Positions 42,110 through 51,369 of a stretch of DNA of 64,000 nt are shown here, in pieces. The stretch is from positions 60,336-124,335 of the forward strand of contig JACPZA010000031.1 of the NCBI GenBank assembly GCA_016195715.1. The letters run 5' to 3'. The position numbers were made by a program, and so were the translations under genes. The stretch comes from Candidatus Daviesbacteria bacterium. Its GTDB lineage: Bacteria > Patescibacteriota > Microgenomatia > Daviesbacterales > UBA10151. The notes under the pieces were generated by a model. That model was not told the origin of the DNA. It did not search any database and worked only from the letters and a program-made list of their open reading frames with translations. Position 1 is the stretch's first letter; each line of letters begins with the position of its first letter.

Positions 42110-42787
42110 TTAATTTTTCTTTAAAAGGTCAGGCCTAAGTTTTTTAGTTTTTTCCAAAGATTTTTCTTTCCGCCAATTTGCTATAGCTTGATGATTACCT
42201 GAAAGTAAAATTTCTGGGACTTTTAAATTTTCAAACTTTTCTGGTCTGGTATAGTGAGGATATTCTAGTAAATTATCTTCAAAGCTTTCATTTTTTATAG
42301 CCTCTGCTTTTTCTAAAACTCCTTTAATTAATCTAGTAGTTGAATCCACTATTACCATGGCTGGAATTTCCCCACCAGTTAAAATAAAATCCCCAATTGA
42401 TATTTCCTCGTCTACATATTTTTCTATAAATCGCTGATCCACTCCTTCGTAGTGACCACAAATAATAATTAGATGTTTAAGTTTAGAAAGTTGTTTAGCT
42501 TTTGTTTGAGTATAAGTTTGACCAGAGGCTGAAGTTAACAAAACCAAAGTTTGTTTAGTTTTTTTGATACTTAAAAGCGCTTTGGTTAGTACATCAGCTT
42601 TTAATATCATCCCAACTCCCCCACCGTAGGGCCTATCATCAACTGTTTTGTGTTGACTCTGCCCAAAATCTCTTAAATTAATAATTTCAAATTCAACTTT
42701 AGTCTTATTTTGAGCTCTCTTTAAAATAGAAGAATTTAAAATTGGGGTAAAAACTTCTGGAAAAAGAGTGATAATAGAAAATTTCAT
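42110..42787 (-). CDS. trmD: tRNA (guanine37-N1)-methyltransferase
   Basis: DDRPYGGG, CGHYEGVDQR, SIGDFILTGGE, YTRP. Confidence 0.97.
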   Translation of the reverse strand: MKFSIITLFPEVFTPILNSSILKRAQNKTKVEFEIINLRDFGQSQHKTVDDRPYGGGVGMILKADVLTKALLSIKKTKQTLVLLTSASGQTYTQTKAKQLSKLKHLIIICGHYEGVDQRFIEKYVDEEISIGDFILTGGEIPAMVIVDSTTRLIKGVLEKAEAIKNESFEDNLLEYPHYTRPEKFENLKVPEILLSGNHQAIANWRKEKSLEKTKKLRPDLLKKN

Positions 42788-43035
42788 TCAGCAGCTTGCA
42801 CTTGGGGTTCAGAGATCTGTAAACTAACTCTGACATTTTCAGCCATGGCTCGAACTGTTAGTAGCTTTCTAATAGCTTTAATCATTTGCCCACCTTTGCC
42901 AATGACTAAACCCATATCCTTGGGATCTACATTTAAATTTAAATTAACTTGACCCTCAGCAGATTCTTCAGTGATTAAAACTACTTCTGGATTTGAAACA
43001 ATATTTTTAACGATATAATCCACCAAGTCCTTCAT
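42784..43035 (-). CDS. khpA: KH-domain RNA-binding protein
   Basis: DMGLVIGKGG; lies between rpsP and trmD. Confidence 0.88.
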   Translation of the reverse strand: MKDLVDYIVKNIVSNPEVVLITEESAEGQVNLNLNVDPKDMGLVIGKGGQMIKAIRKLLTVRAMAENVRVSLQISEPQVQAAE

Positions 43036-43037
43036 CT

Positions 43038-43463
43038 TTATTTCTCTTTCTTTTCTTCAGGTTGAGCTTCCTCCACTTCTGGCTTGGGTTGTTCAGCTTC
43101 CACTTTAGGTTCCTCTGCTGGTTTTTCCTCGCCCGATGTACCTTTAGCGGAGGTGGGTTCTTCAGGTTGAGCTGGTTGTTCCGCAGGAGCAGCTGCTTTT
43201 TCTTTCTTGGGTTTTCTGGGAGGCCTTTGTGGAGCTTTGCCGGTCATTCTTAAAAATCCATCTGATAATACAGCTCCTTTTTTAATCCATTGATCAACTT
43301 TTTTTTCATCTAATTTAATTTCTTTTGGGTTAGTAAGTGGGTTAAATGTTCCAAGTAAATCTAAATATCCACCACTTCTTTTTTTGCGTTCATCAATAGC
43401 CACCACTCTATAAAATGGTCTTTTTTTCGCTCCTATTCGCATTAATCTAATTTTTACCGGCAT
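43038..43463 (-). CDS. rpsP: 30S ribosomal protein S16 with acidic Pro/Glu C-terminal tail
   Basis: VKIRLMRIGAKKRPFYRVV, LGTFNP. Confidence 0.95.
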   Translation of the reverse strand: MPVKIRLMRIGAKKRPFYRVVAIDERKKRSGGYLDLLGTFNPLTNPKEIKLDEKKVDQWIKKGAVLSDGFLRMTGKAPQRPPRKPKKEKAAAPAEQPAQPEEPTSAKGTSGEEKPAEEPKVEAEQPKPEVEEAQPEEKKEK

Positions 43464-43474
43464 ATAAGTTTATG

Positions 43475-43549
43475 GTAGTTCTCGACTATCGCTCGAACAA
43501 TACTTCGATACAGTCTCAGTACAAGTATTCTTCGACCAAAGTGGAGAAG
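43475..43549. repeat. Intergenic repeat family D (GTAGTTCTCGACTRTCGCTCGAACAATA...TCTTCGACC..AGTGGAGAAG) with extra central insert
   Basis: 27/28 identity in its first block to 54909-54936, plus a shared 3' block. Confidence 0.8.
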
Positions 43550-43613
43550 TACATACCTTTTTGTCTTGGTAAGTATACTGGATCAAGCTTAGAAACGTCA
43601 ACTAAGAAGCCAT

Positions 43614-44276
43614 TTATCCTTGTTCTAAACTTTTTAAAGCAGTTTTAGCAGCAGCTTCTTCAGCAGTTTGTTTAGATAAACCTTCTCCTTCACCAATTTT
43701 CTCCCCTTGTAAAAAAACTCCAACTGTAAAGTGTTTAGCATGATCTGGTCCTTCAGTTTTTAAAATTTTATATTTTGGTGATTGTTTGGTGCTAATTTGG
43801 GAAAGCTCCTGGAGTTTAGACTTTGCATCTTTGGGTGGACCAACTTTTAACTCTTCTTCAAATAAAACTAATAAGTTGTCTTCCACAAATTTCTCCGCAT
43901 TTTTTAATCCTTGGCTTAAATAGATTGCCCCAAGTAAAGCTTCAAAAGTATTAGCTAAAAGTTGAGGATTTTCTCTACCACCAGAGCGTTCTTCGCCCTT
44001 GGACATCCTTAAATATTTTCCCAACTTTAAATTTTTAGCAGCTTTAGCTAAGGAGGCTGTTTTAACAATAAAAGAACGCAAATTAGTTAACTCTCCTTCT
44101 GCATCCGAACCTCTTGTGGAAAATAAAAAAGTTGAGATTATGAAAGATAAAACTGAATCGCCTAAAAACTCAAGTCTTTCATTAGACTGCTTTTCTGCTG
44201 GGTATTCATTTAAGTAAGATCGATGGGTAAATGCAGTTTTAAATAAGGGATCCGTTAATAAACTTTCATCAAACAT
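43614..44276 (-). CDS. rnc: Ribonuclease III
   Basis: AFTHRSY, NERLEFLGDSVL, dsRBD DAKSKLQE. ATG 44276 preferred over the ORF-track start. Confidence 0.96.
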   Translation of the reverse strand: MFDESLLTDPLFKTAFTHRSYLNEYPAEKQSNERLEFLGDSVLSFIISTFLFSTRGSDAEGELTNLRSFIVKTASLAKAAKNLKLGKYLRMSKGEERSGGRENPQLLANTFEALLGAIYLSQGLKNAEKFVEDNLLVLFEEELKVGPPKDAKSKLQELSQISTKQSPKYKILKTEGPDHAKHFTVGVFLQGEKIGEGEGLSKQTAEEAAAKTALKSLEQG

Positions 44277-44286
44277 AAAAAGGGAA

Positions 44287-44526
44287 TTATTCCAAGAGTA
44301 AATCCTCAATAATCACTACTAAATCACTGACAGTTTCAATTTCTTCAATCTCGGTGGGATCAAAAGTGATATTAAATTTATTTGAGAGTTCAGATAATAA
44401 ATCCGCTCGCTCCAGTGGGCCTAGTCCTAAATCAGTTTCTAAATTAGAATTTGTATCAATATCTTGAGGAGTGACTCCTAAATGTTTAGCAATTGCTGCA
44501 ACTATTTCTCTAGTTTGATCGTTCAT
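44287..44526 (-). CDS. Acyl-carrier-protein-like protein lacking the phosphopantetheine Ser
   Basis: ACP pattern IAKHLGV...LETDLGLGPLE...FNI...IETVSDLV; located just upstream of rnc. Confidence 0.75.
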   Translation of the reverse strand: MNDQTREIVAAIAKHLGVTPQDIDTNSNLETDLGLGPLERADLLSELSNKFNITFDPTEIEEIETVSDLVVIIEDLLLE

Positions 44527-44616
44527 AAAAATTTGGACATTTTCGGACAAACTTTAACCTATCTTAAGTTTTTCTACCGAAAAGTCCAGTCCAGTTTTTT
44601 TGTTATTTAAGAAATT

Positions 44617-45000
44617 TTATTTATCAATACCTATCTTCTCTTCTGTAATTACTTTTCCTAAAACTCCATTTACAAAGCTAGATGATGACTCACTACCATA
44701 TTCTTTCGCAATCTCTATTGCTTCGTCAACTACTACTTTTGGAGGAGTAATACTTTCAAATACTAATTCAAAAATTGCTAGTCTTAATATAGCTAAATCT
44801 ATTTTATTAATTTTGTCAATTGGCCAAGATGGAGCAGTTTTTTCAATTATTTGATCAATCTTAGCTAAATTTGCATGAATTTTTTTAAGAACTTTATTTA
44901 TCTCTGGATCGCTTGATAAATTTTCACTTTCTTTACGAGCAAATAGCCCTTGTATGATTTTAATTCTTCTTAAATGCCTTGGGTCTTTAGATGTTTTCAT
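44617..45000 (-). CDS. nusB: Transcription antitermination factor NusB
   Basis: IDLAILRLAIFE, VVVDEAIEIAKEYG, FVNGVLG. Confidence 0.95.
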   Translation of the reverse strand: MKTSKDPRHLRRIKIIQGLFARKESENLSSDPEINKVLKKIHANLAKIDQIIEKTAPSWPIDKINKIDLAILRLAIFELVFESITPPKVVVDEAIEIAKEYGSESSSSFVNGVLGKVITEEKIGIDK

Positions 45001-45072
45001 AAATCAAAGTATAATAAATACAAAAGTAACAAGTAAAAAGTTATTTTTCAAGTAAGTTACCAAGATAAAGTA

Positions 45073-45276
45073 TTATAAGAACTCTAAATAGGACTGGTAG
45101 AGAATAGTTGCCATCGATTTTTGTGATTCGCGAGATAACCAGTTTGAAAACGGTGCATCAAGCTGTCTCAGAGTATAAACGAACACTGGTAAGCGATTTG
45201 GCTCAAGGTCTCCTAAAGTTACCCCTCTACCTATTTCTGTACTTTGATAATAACTAACTCTTGGTTCTCTATCCAT
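45073..45276 (-). CDS. Small hypothetical protein
   Basis: 67-aa ORF starting right after the rpmF stop. Confidence 0.4.
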   Translation of the reverse strand: MDREPRVSYYQSTEIGRGVTLGDLEPNRLPVFVYTLRQLDAPFSNWLSRESQKSMATILYQSYLEFL

Positions 45277-45277
45277 T

Positions 45278-45484
45278 TTAATTTGCTCTAGTTACAATTG
45301 CTTTTTGTTTAATTTCTCTAGTTTGTTTGCCAGCGTAGAAGCCACAACTGCGGCAGGCCATGTGGGCTAGAGTTTTTTCTTTGCAATTTTTGCAAACAAT
45401 TAAATTCGCAGCTTCTAATCTAATAGAAGCTCTTCTGATTCTTTTGACTGCTTTACTATGTTTTTTCTTTGGTTCGTGTGGCAT
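45278..45484 (-). CDS. rpmF: 50S ribosomal protein L32 (zinc-binding type)
   Basis: PKKKHSK, CKNC...HMACRSCGFY. Confidence 0.92.
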   Translation of the reverse strand: MPHEPKKKHSKAVKRIRRASIRLEAANLIVCKNCKEKTLAHMACRSCGFYAGKQTREIKQKAIVTRAN

Positions 45485-45494
45485 ATAAACTTCT

Positions 45495-47516
45495 TTAATC
45501 AGGCATTACTTCCTGGCTAATCTCTGCTAATTTTGCCTTGAGAAGCGGGTATTTGTCAAGTGAAACATCTTCTTTTAATATTTGCCCTGCCTTGTTTCTG
45601 GTTTGTTCAAGCAAAGTTAAATCAGAAAATGAGGCTATTTTTAAATTAAACCTGCCAGATTGGGCTGTCCCAAAAATTTCTCCAGAGCCTCTAATTTTTA
45701 AATCCAGTTCAGCTAACTCAAGCCCATTTTGAGTTCTCTCTAAATTTTTTAGTCTGTTTAAAACTGAAGAATTTTCATTTTCAGCAAATAAAAAACAAAA
45801 TGATTCTTTCTCTCCTCTACCAACTCTACCTCTAAGTTGATGCAATTGGGCTAATCCAAATCTCTCAGCTCCCTCAACTATCATAATAGTAGCATTAGCT
45901 ACATCTACCCCAACCTCCACCACAGAGGTAGAAACTAAAATATCAGTTTTCCCATCTTTAAAATCATTAATTGCAAGTTCCTTTTCGCTAGATTTCAATC
46001 TACCATGAAGTAAGCCTAATTTTAATTTTGGGAAAACTTTTTTTAAATTTTCAAATTCTATTTTGGCAGCTTTAACGCTAGTTTGAGTTTCAGAGGGTTC
46101 GATAAATGGAGTAATAATATAAACTTGGTCTCCTGCTTTGACTTTTTTTTCAATAAATTTATATGAATCTAATCTTTTTTTATTTGGCACAACAAAAGTT
46201 TTAACAATTTTACGACCTTTAGGCATCTCATCAATAATGGATAAATCCAGGTCTCCATATAAAGTTAGCGCCACAGTTCGAGGAATTGGAGTTGCGGTCA
46301 TGGTTAAAAAATGGGGAATTTTAGCTTTTGAACGCAAAAAACTGCGCTGCTCTACTCCAAATCTTTGTTGTTCATCTACTACAATCAAGCCAATATTTTC
46401 TGGTAAAAGTTTTTTTGATAAAAGTGCATGGGTTCCCACAATTACATCAGCTTCTTGGGCTTTTTTCTTGCTGCCAGTGTAAATTCCAACTTTTAAATTA
46501 AATGGTTCAAGTAAGTTTTTTAAAGTTGAAAAATGTTGGAAAGCTAAAATTTCAGTTGGTGCCATGAAAAAACTCTTTAAATTATTTTGAAAAATTAAAT
46601 AACAAATTGCTGCTGCAACGACTGTTTTTCCAGAACCAACTTCTCCCTGAACTAATCTGTTCATGGGAAAATCTTTTTGTAAATCTTTAATAATTTCATC
46701 AATGACTTTAAGTTGAGCACTAGTTAATTTAAAAGGTAAACTTTTTATAAATTCTCTTAAGTTTTTTGAATTAATTTTTAAAGGCTCAAGAACTTGTTTT
46801 TTTTGCCAATTTTTACGGGTTTTTAAAGTGGCCAGTTGAATGTAAAATAACTCATCAAACCCTAATCTTTGTTTTGCTAAATCAACATCATTATAATTTT
46901 GGGGAAAATGAATTTTATTTAAAGCATCTGCTAAATTTAGCATTGAATCTTTAATGGATTCTGGAAGTGGATCTTGAATCTCTTTTAAAACTTGGGGTAA
47001 AAAACTAGCTATCTTTTGACGAAGCCATTTAGAAGTTAAACCAAAAGTTTCTGGGTAAACTGGGACAAGCCTGCCAGTATGAAGTGATGAGTTGTGGGTT
47101 GTGGGTAATTTGTCAGTCAACTTTTCCCAAACTGGAGCCATGATGGAAAGCTTATTTTTGTATTTGCTAACTTTGCCAGAAATTTGTAACTTATCTCCAA
47201 CTAAAATATTTTTAGTTAGCCAAGATTGATTAAACCAAGTTAACTCAATTGGTGAATTGCCATCATTAAAAATCGCTTGAGTTAAAATTTTTCTGGATCT
47301 AGTATAAATATTTTTAATTGACCAAATTTCTCCAACTAAGGTTACTTTCTCTCCTACTTTAGCATCCAAAGTTGTAGAGATATTAGAAAAGTCATCATAT
47401 CTAAATGGATAGTGATTAATCAAATCCTCAACGGTCAAAAGCTCAAGTTTTTCAAGCCTCCATGCTAGAGTTGGTCCAATGCCTAAGATATGGGTAAGTT
47501 TAGTATCTAAATTCAT
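45495..47516 (-). CDS. recG: ATP-dependent DNA helicase RecG
   Basis: RLVQGEVGSGKT, DEQQRFGV, MTATPIPRT, QLHQLRGRVGRG. Confidence 0.96.
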   Translation of the reverse strand: MNLDTKLTHILGIGPTLAWRLEKLELLTVEDLINHYPFRYDDFSNISTTLDAKVGEKVTLVGEIWSIKNIYTRSRKILTQAIFNDGNSPIELTWFNQSWLTKNILVGDKLQISGKVSKYKNKLSIMAPVWEKLTDKLPTTHNSSLHTGRLVPVYPETFGLTSKWLRQKIASFLPQVLKEIQDPLPESIKDSMLNLADALNKIHFPQNYNDVDLAKQRLGFDELFYIQLATLKTRKNWQKKQVLEPLKINSKNLREFIKSLPFKLTSAQLKVIDEIIKDLQKDFPMNRLVQGEVGSGKTVVAAAICYLIFQNNLKSFFMAPTEILAFQHFSTLKNLLEPFNLKVGIYTGSKKKAQEADVIVGTHALLSKKLLPENIGLIVVDEQQRFGVEQRSFLRSKAKIPHFLTMTATPIPRTVALTLYGDLDLSIIDEMPKGRKIVKTFVVPNKKRLDSYKFIEKKVKAGDQVYIITPFIEPSETQTSVKAAKIEFENLKKVFPKLKLGLLHGRLKSSEKELAINDFKDGKTDILVSTSVVEVGVDVANATIMIVEGAERFGLAQLHQLRGRVGRGEKESFCFLFAENENSSVLNRLKNLERTQNGLELAELDLKIRGSGEIFGTAQSGRFNLKIASFSDLTLLEQTRNKAGQILKEDVSLDKYPLLKAKLAEISQEVMPD

Positions 47517-47585
47517 TTGAGAGAATTATACAACTTAAATATCTTTGCTTGATTTTTTATAGCCCGATAGTATAAAATAAAACTG

Positions 47586-48263
47586 ATGGAAAGATCAGCT
47601 GAATATTTAAATTCTTTCGCTAGGGCAAGTACTGAGTCTTTTGTTAACGTGCCAGAAGATACTACGAGTTGGAAAGAATATGCCAAACAAAGGCTTGATT
47701 CTCTTAATCAACAAAGAGAAGAAACTAAAGAACACACAGGCAAAGAGTATAAAAGGGTCCGCTCAAATGCTTATAGAAGGATCAGATACTGGGAAACTAA
47801 ATGGCGCGATCTTTTGACAGACTTAGAATCAACTATACCAGCTTCAAGAAATAGTGGGATTTCAATTCAAGAAACTTCAAATGAGAAGGCTCTTATGCTG
47901 GAACAAAAGACTCAGATTCCTCAGAAAAGAAGATCTAGAGATTTAGCCATGAGCGCTTTAATTGATTTTGTTAATCAGCGAAAAGAGATTGTCGCACAGT
48001 GGGCTCCTCAGCCATTTGAAAGCGATGGTGTTGTTTCGCAACCAAAACCTTTTAATACAAGAAGATTAGGACCAGGAACTCTAGCTAGACTATTTAGAAA
48101 TAGATTGCCCGAATGGAGAGAAAATACTGATGGGATTAGTCCATTTATTGACGAACTTTATCTGCAAAGACCTACAGTTCCTCAGCCTATTAGACAATTA
48201 GGAAGACTTATTGCTACAGGATTAGAAGTTACTCGTCAACAACCCATAAGCAAAGCTTCTTAA
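47586..48263 (+). CDS. Hypothetical protein
   Basis: 225-aa ORF with TAAAAT 7 nt upstream; no recognised motif. Confidence 0.55.
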   Translation: MERSAEYLNSFARASTESFVNVPEDTTSWKEYAKQRLDSLNQQREETKEHTGKEYKRVRSNAYRRIRYWETKWRDLLTDLESTIPASRNSGISIQETSNEKALMLEQKTQIPQKRRSRDLAMSALIDFVNQRKEIVAQWAPQPFESDGVVSQPKPFNTRRLGPGTLARLFRNRLPEWRENTDGISPFIDELYLQRPTVPQPIRQLGRLIATGLEVTRQQPISKAS

Positions 48264-48265
48264 AT

Positions 48266-48373
48266 TTATCTGCTATAAAAAAGGGGTAAAAGAGAAAAAA
48301 CAATTAGAGAAATTGTGCCAACAGCAGTAATTATTATCCAAACCCATTTATATTTTTTAGATATATTATCCAT
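48266..48373 (-). CDS. Small single-TM protein (35 aa), not in ORF track
   Basis: MDNISKKYKWVWIIITAVGTISLIVFSLLPLFYSR; TGTTAAAAT 6 nt before ATG and CTGACA 16 nt further upstream. Confidence 0.55.
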   Translation of the reverse strand: MDNISKKYKWVWIIITAVGTISLIVFSLLPLFYSR

Positions 48374-48435
48374 AAATCAATTTTAACACAAAGTTTAGTC
48401 TTGTCAGTTCTTTAAGCAAGCAGTATATTATTTTC

Positions 48436-48744
48436 ATGGCTCAAGGATTCCCTGAGATGAGTGGTAGTAGAGTTTTTGTAGATGCGCTTGCTGCAGCTTA
48501 TAGAGGTGAAAGAATGTTTGGACCTCTTCAGAGGAGAAGTAAACCACCATTCATTAGGTTAAACTCTCACCAAATTGAACAAATTGCTGGCTTTGTAGGA
48601 ACCATTACTGCTTTATCTCTAGTAGCAAAACATCCAAATAAAGATAGGCTAGAATTTTTAATACCCAGAGTTGTTGAAGGTTGGAATGTAGGTGTTTATG
48701 CTGCTAGAACAATCGAAGGATTAATGTACCCACCTACTACTTAG
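48436..48744 (+). CDS. Hypothetical protein
   Basis: 102 aa; TTGTCA-17-TATATT 6 nt before ATG. Confidence 0.5.
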   Translation: MAQGFPEMSGSRVFVDALAAAYRGERMFGPLQRRSKPPFIRLNSHQIEQIAGFVGTITALSLVAKHPNKDRLEFLIPRVVEGWNVGVYAARTIEGLMYPPTT

Positions 48745-49843
48745 AAGTTAATTTTTCAATCTCTTGCAAAGCTGCTTGCCTTTTGGGATCTTCAAAATAC
48801 TTTCTAGCTGGTTCAAGTTTTTTTATTAACCATTCAGCAACAGCTAACTTTAAATCTTGAGGATGAAGTTTTTTCTCTGCATAATCTTTTTCTAAATCTT
48901 GATAAGAATTATAACTTAAATCCCCTCCCCATTTTGGATCCCTTTTAATAGTAAAAGTAGTGTTTTCTTCATAAAAAATTAAATGCTTAACCCAGTCTAA
49001 AATAGGGTTAAATTCTATCACTCCTTCTGGAGCATAGGCACCATTGATTTTTCTTTTGATAGTCTCAGAATCATCATGGATAAAAATAGCAGAATCAGGT
49101 TTGGACTTGCTCATTTTTGCAGCTTCTAAATCCATAACTTTTTTGCCAGTTTCTGAGTCGTCAACTAAAATAGGAGGTAAAAGTCCTTGCAATAAATGAG
49201 TATGAATAGCTATTGGTTTTTGGTAACCTAATTCAACTGCGCAGTCTCTGGCAACAATATGAACATTTCTTTGATCAGTTCCAGCATGAGCAATATTAAT
49301 TCCCATCATAAAAATATCTGCAGACTGCATTGCTGGATAAATCAACATAGCAGAATCAGTTACCTCAGCCTCTTTTCTGCCCATAATAGTAGTACTTCTG
49401 AGCATTCTAGATAAGGTTGTGGCTTTAGAGACCCTTACCACTGTTGCCCAATAATCTAATCCTAGCTTTTGATAAAGTTCACTGCCCAAAACAAAATTAA
49501 TTTTTTCAGGATCTGCTCCAACACAAAGAGCGCTAGCTTTAAATGCTTCCATTAAATAATTTTTGCCAACTTTGGTAATAGTTTCTAGTTCGCCATCTAA
49601 TTTTTTATTTAACCAAGCGTGCCAGTCAGCCAAGAAAACCGTCACCTCTACTCCAGCTTCTTGCAGGTCTTTAATTTTCATTAAAGTATACAGACCTTGA
49701 CCAATATGCAAAATTCCTGAAACTTCATAACCAATATAATGTTTTAAAGGGGTTCCAGAATCTATTAAAGCTTTTAGTTCTTCTTCAGTTAAAACTTCTT
49801 CTAGATTTCTGGTTATTAATTTAATTTTTTCTTCAGTTGTCAT
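48737..49843 (-). CDS. tyrS: Tyrosyl-tRNA synthetase, archaeal/eukaryotic type
   Basis: YIGYEVSG..HIGQ, ADWHAWLN, YPAMQSADI, GTDQRNVH, KMSKSKP, KLHPQDLK; 368 aa with no S4-like C-terminal domain. Confidence 0.93.
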   Translation of the reverse strand: MTTEEKIKLITRNLEEVLTEEELKALIDSGTPLKHYIGYEVSGILHIGQGLYTLMKIKDLQEAGVEVTVFLADWHAWLNKKLDGELETITKVGKNYLMEAFKASALCVGADPEKINFVLGSELYQKLGLDYWATVVRVSKATTLSRMLRSTTIMGRKEAEVTDSAMLIYPAMQSADIFMMGINIAHAGTDQRNVHIVARDCAVELGYQKPIAIHTHLLQGLLPPILVDDSETGKKVMDLEAAKMSKSKPDSAIFIHDDSETIKRKINGAYAPEGVIEFNPILDWVKHLIFYEENTTFTIKRDPKWGGDLSYNSYQDLEKDYAEKKLHPQDLKLAVAEWLIKKLEPARKYFEDPKRQAALQEIEKLTSK

Positions 49844-49935
49844 AAATTTTAGCTAATAAAATGTAACATAAATTTTTCCTGGGGTACAGTTGCTAGTGCA
49901 CTTCCAAAAGTACCCCAAGAAGGTAATACTCAGGA

Positions 49936-50259
49936 TCAGCCATTTTGTTCTTGGTTTGTCTTGATTAACCTGAGAACTCTTCTACCTGCGTCAAATGCTA
50001 AAGCAGCACTTAAACTTGTTAAAAGAAAAGCTGTAGTTATTGGTGAAAATCCCAAATCTAGACCTTCCTGTACAAGTTTTCCAGGTTGTAAACCCAACCA
50101 ATTTCTCTCACCAGTGATCATAGTCTGTAAATGCTCAGTTCTGCCGCTAGCTAAATCATTAGTAAGGTTAAAAAAGTCTGGTTCACATGCTCCAACGACC
50201 CCTTCTCCTAGCGCAATTGCTGCTTCAGCTGCGATATCAGATTTATTTTTACTTTCCAT
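49936..50259 (-). CDS. Hypothetical protein between the T-box and tyrS (contains no Tyr)
   Basis: SD AAGGAGGTGA upstream of ATG 50259; 107 aa. Confidence 0.65.
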   Translation of the reverse strand: MESKNKSDIAAEAAIALGEGVVGACEPDFFNLTNDLASGRTEHLQTMITGERNWLGLQPGKLVQEGLDLGFSPITTAFLLTSLSAALAFDAGRRVLRLIKTNQEQNG

Positions 50260-50291
50260 TATTCTCACCTCCTTTTAGGGCTAAATTTTTA

Positions 50292-50610
50292 ACAAAAAAA
50301 CCCTTGTCTGATTACCAAAATTGATAAACAGACAAGGGCCAACAAAAATGGCGTTACCACCTTGTATTTAAATCTATTAAAAAACAGGCCGTGTCGCCTG
50401 TTAACTTAAAGATTTCTTTAAGTGCTCCGATTATTCGACACACTCTTTTCGCTATTACGGTGCTGCCCGGCATGCCTTAATTTGAGTTCTCATTTCAGGG
50501 TGCAACTCAGGAGGGTAATTCAAAATAAACTTTTCGCTAAGCTTTCACCAACCGCTTAGTCTCTTTTGTCTACCAGTTTACTTCTACTCTTTCTCCTTCA
50601 ACGTCTTTCA
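50292..50610 (-). ncRNA. T-box riboswitch (probable Tyr/UAC specifier) with intrinsic terminator
   Basis: Stem I UGA-AGGAG...AGUA...AGAGA...GGUGAAAG...GAAUUACC-CUCCU-GA; antiterminator CAAGG-UGGUAAC-GCCA...UGGC-CCUUG; terminator CCCUUGUCUG...CAGACAAGGG followed by a U tract. Confidence 0.88.
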
Positions 50611-50630
50611 AATATTAAATTGTAAAATTT

Positions 50631-50658
50631 ATTATATCACAACTCTAAATTATGTCAA
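50631..50658 (-). promoter_or_regulatory. Sigma70-type promoter for the T-box leader
   Basis: TTGACA-16 nt-TATAAT with extended TGn. Confidence 0.8.
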
Positions 50659-50665
50659 CTATAGG

Positions 50666-51268
50666 TTACGGCGATTCTGAAAACATTTGTGAAGATCTTC
50701 TTGGGCGGGTGTGTGGAGGCATTACCAAAAAGTATTCTTCCCAGCTAACCATATTAGCGGCCATCCATCTAATTCCTCCCCAAAGCAGTCTAAAGCTTTC
50801 TATTGAAGGGTTACGAGCATAATCTTCTGCAGATATACTAATACCAAAATCCTTGTAAAAGAACCCTAACGTTAAACTTCGGGAATCTTGGCCAAGTGGT
50901 AAAGAACATCTTATTAATACTGAATCAGCGAGTCCTGTAGCTATCCCTCCTGCACTTAACTCAACTCGTGGATTAAAAGCTGACAGTTCTTCTTCCGGTT
51001 CCGCAACTAGTGTAGCAACACCAAGTTGTGAAGGTTTACGAATAACATATGCTCCAATTACTCTGGAATATTTCTTAAGTAACTCTCTACCAACAATTCG
51101 AAATGATTCTGCTAAAGTTTGAGGATCAATGCCTACTAAATTCATCAAATCTTCTGGATCATGAAATAAATCTTCCGGTGTATCAGTAATTCTTCGAAGA
51201 TTTCCTCTTGCTTGTTCTAATAGTAGTCTTTCTTTTCGGGAAAGTTTCCTTTCTTTTCTTTCAACCAT
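50666..51268 (-). CDS. Hypothetical protein
   Basis: 200-aa ORF; TGTTACAAT 9 nt before ATG. Confidence 0.55.
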   Translation of the reverse strand: MVERKERKLSRKERLLLEQARGNLRRITDTPEDLFHDPEDLMNLVGIDPQTLAESFRIVGRELLKKYSRVIGAYVIRKPSQLGVATLVAEPEEELSAFNPRVELSAGGIATGLADSVLIRCSLPLGQDSRSLTLGFFYKDFGISISAEDYARNPSIESFRLLWGGIRWMAANMVSWEEYFLVMPPHTRPRRSSQMFSESP

Positions 51269-51369
51269 AGATTTAAAATTGTAACAGAGGTAGTTCTTAA
51301 AATCAACCTATAGTTAACCACACGAACTGATTGACTCAAGTTAAGCTTATTCAGTAAAATATTCTTGTT

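Noticed and set aside
50511-50521. Reading the T-box specifier as UUA (Leu)
   Set aside because: Possible if counted directly after GAA, but UAC sits one base from the loop end and tyrS is downstream. Disfavoured, not excluded.
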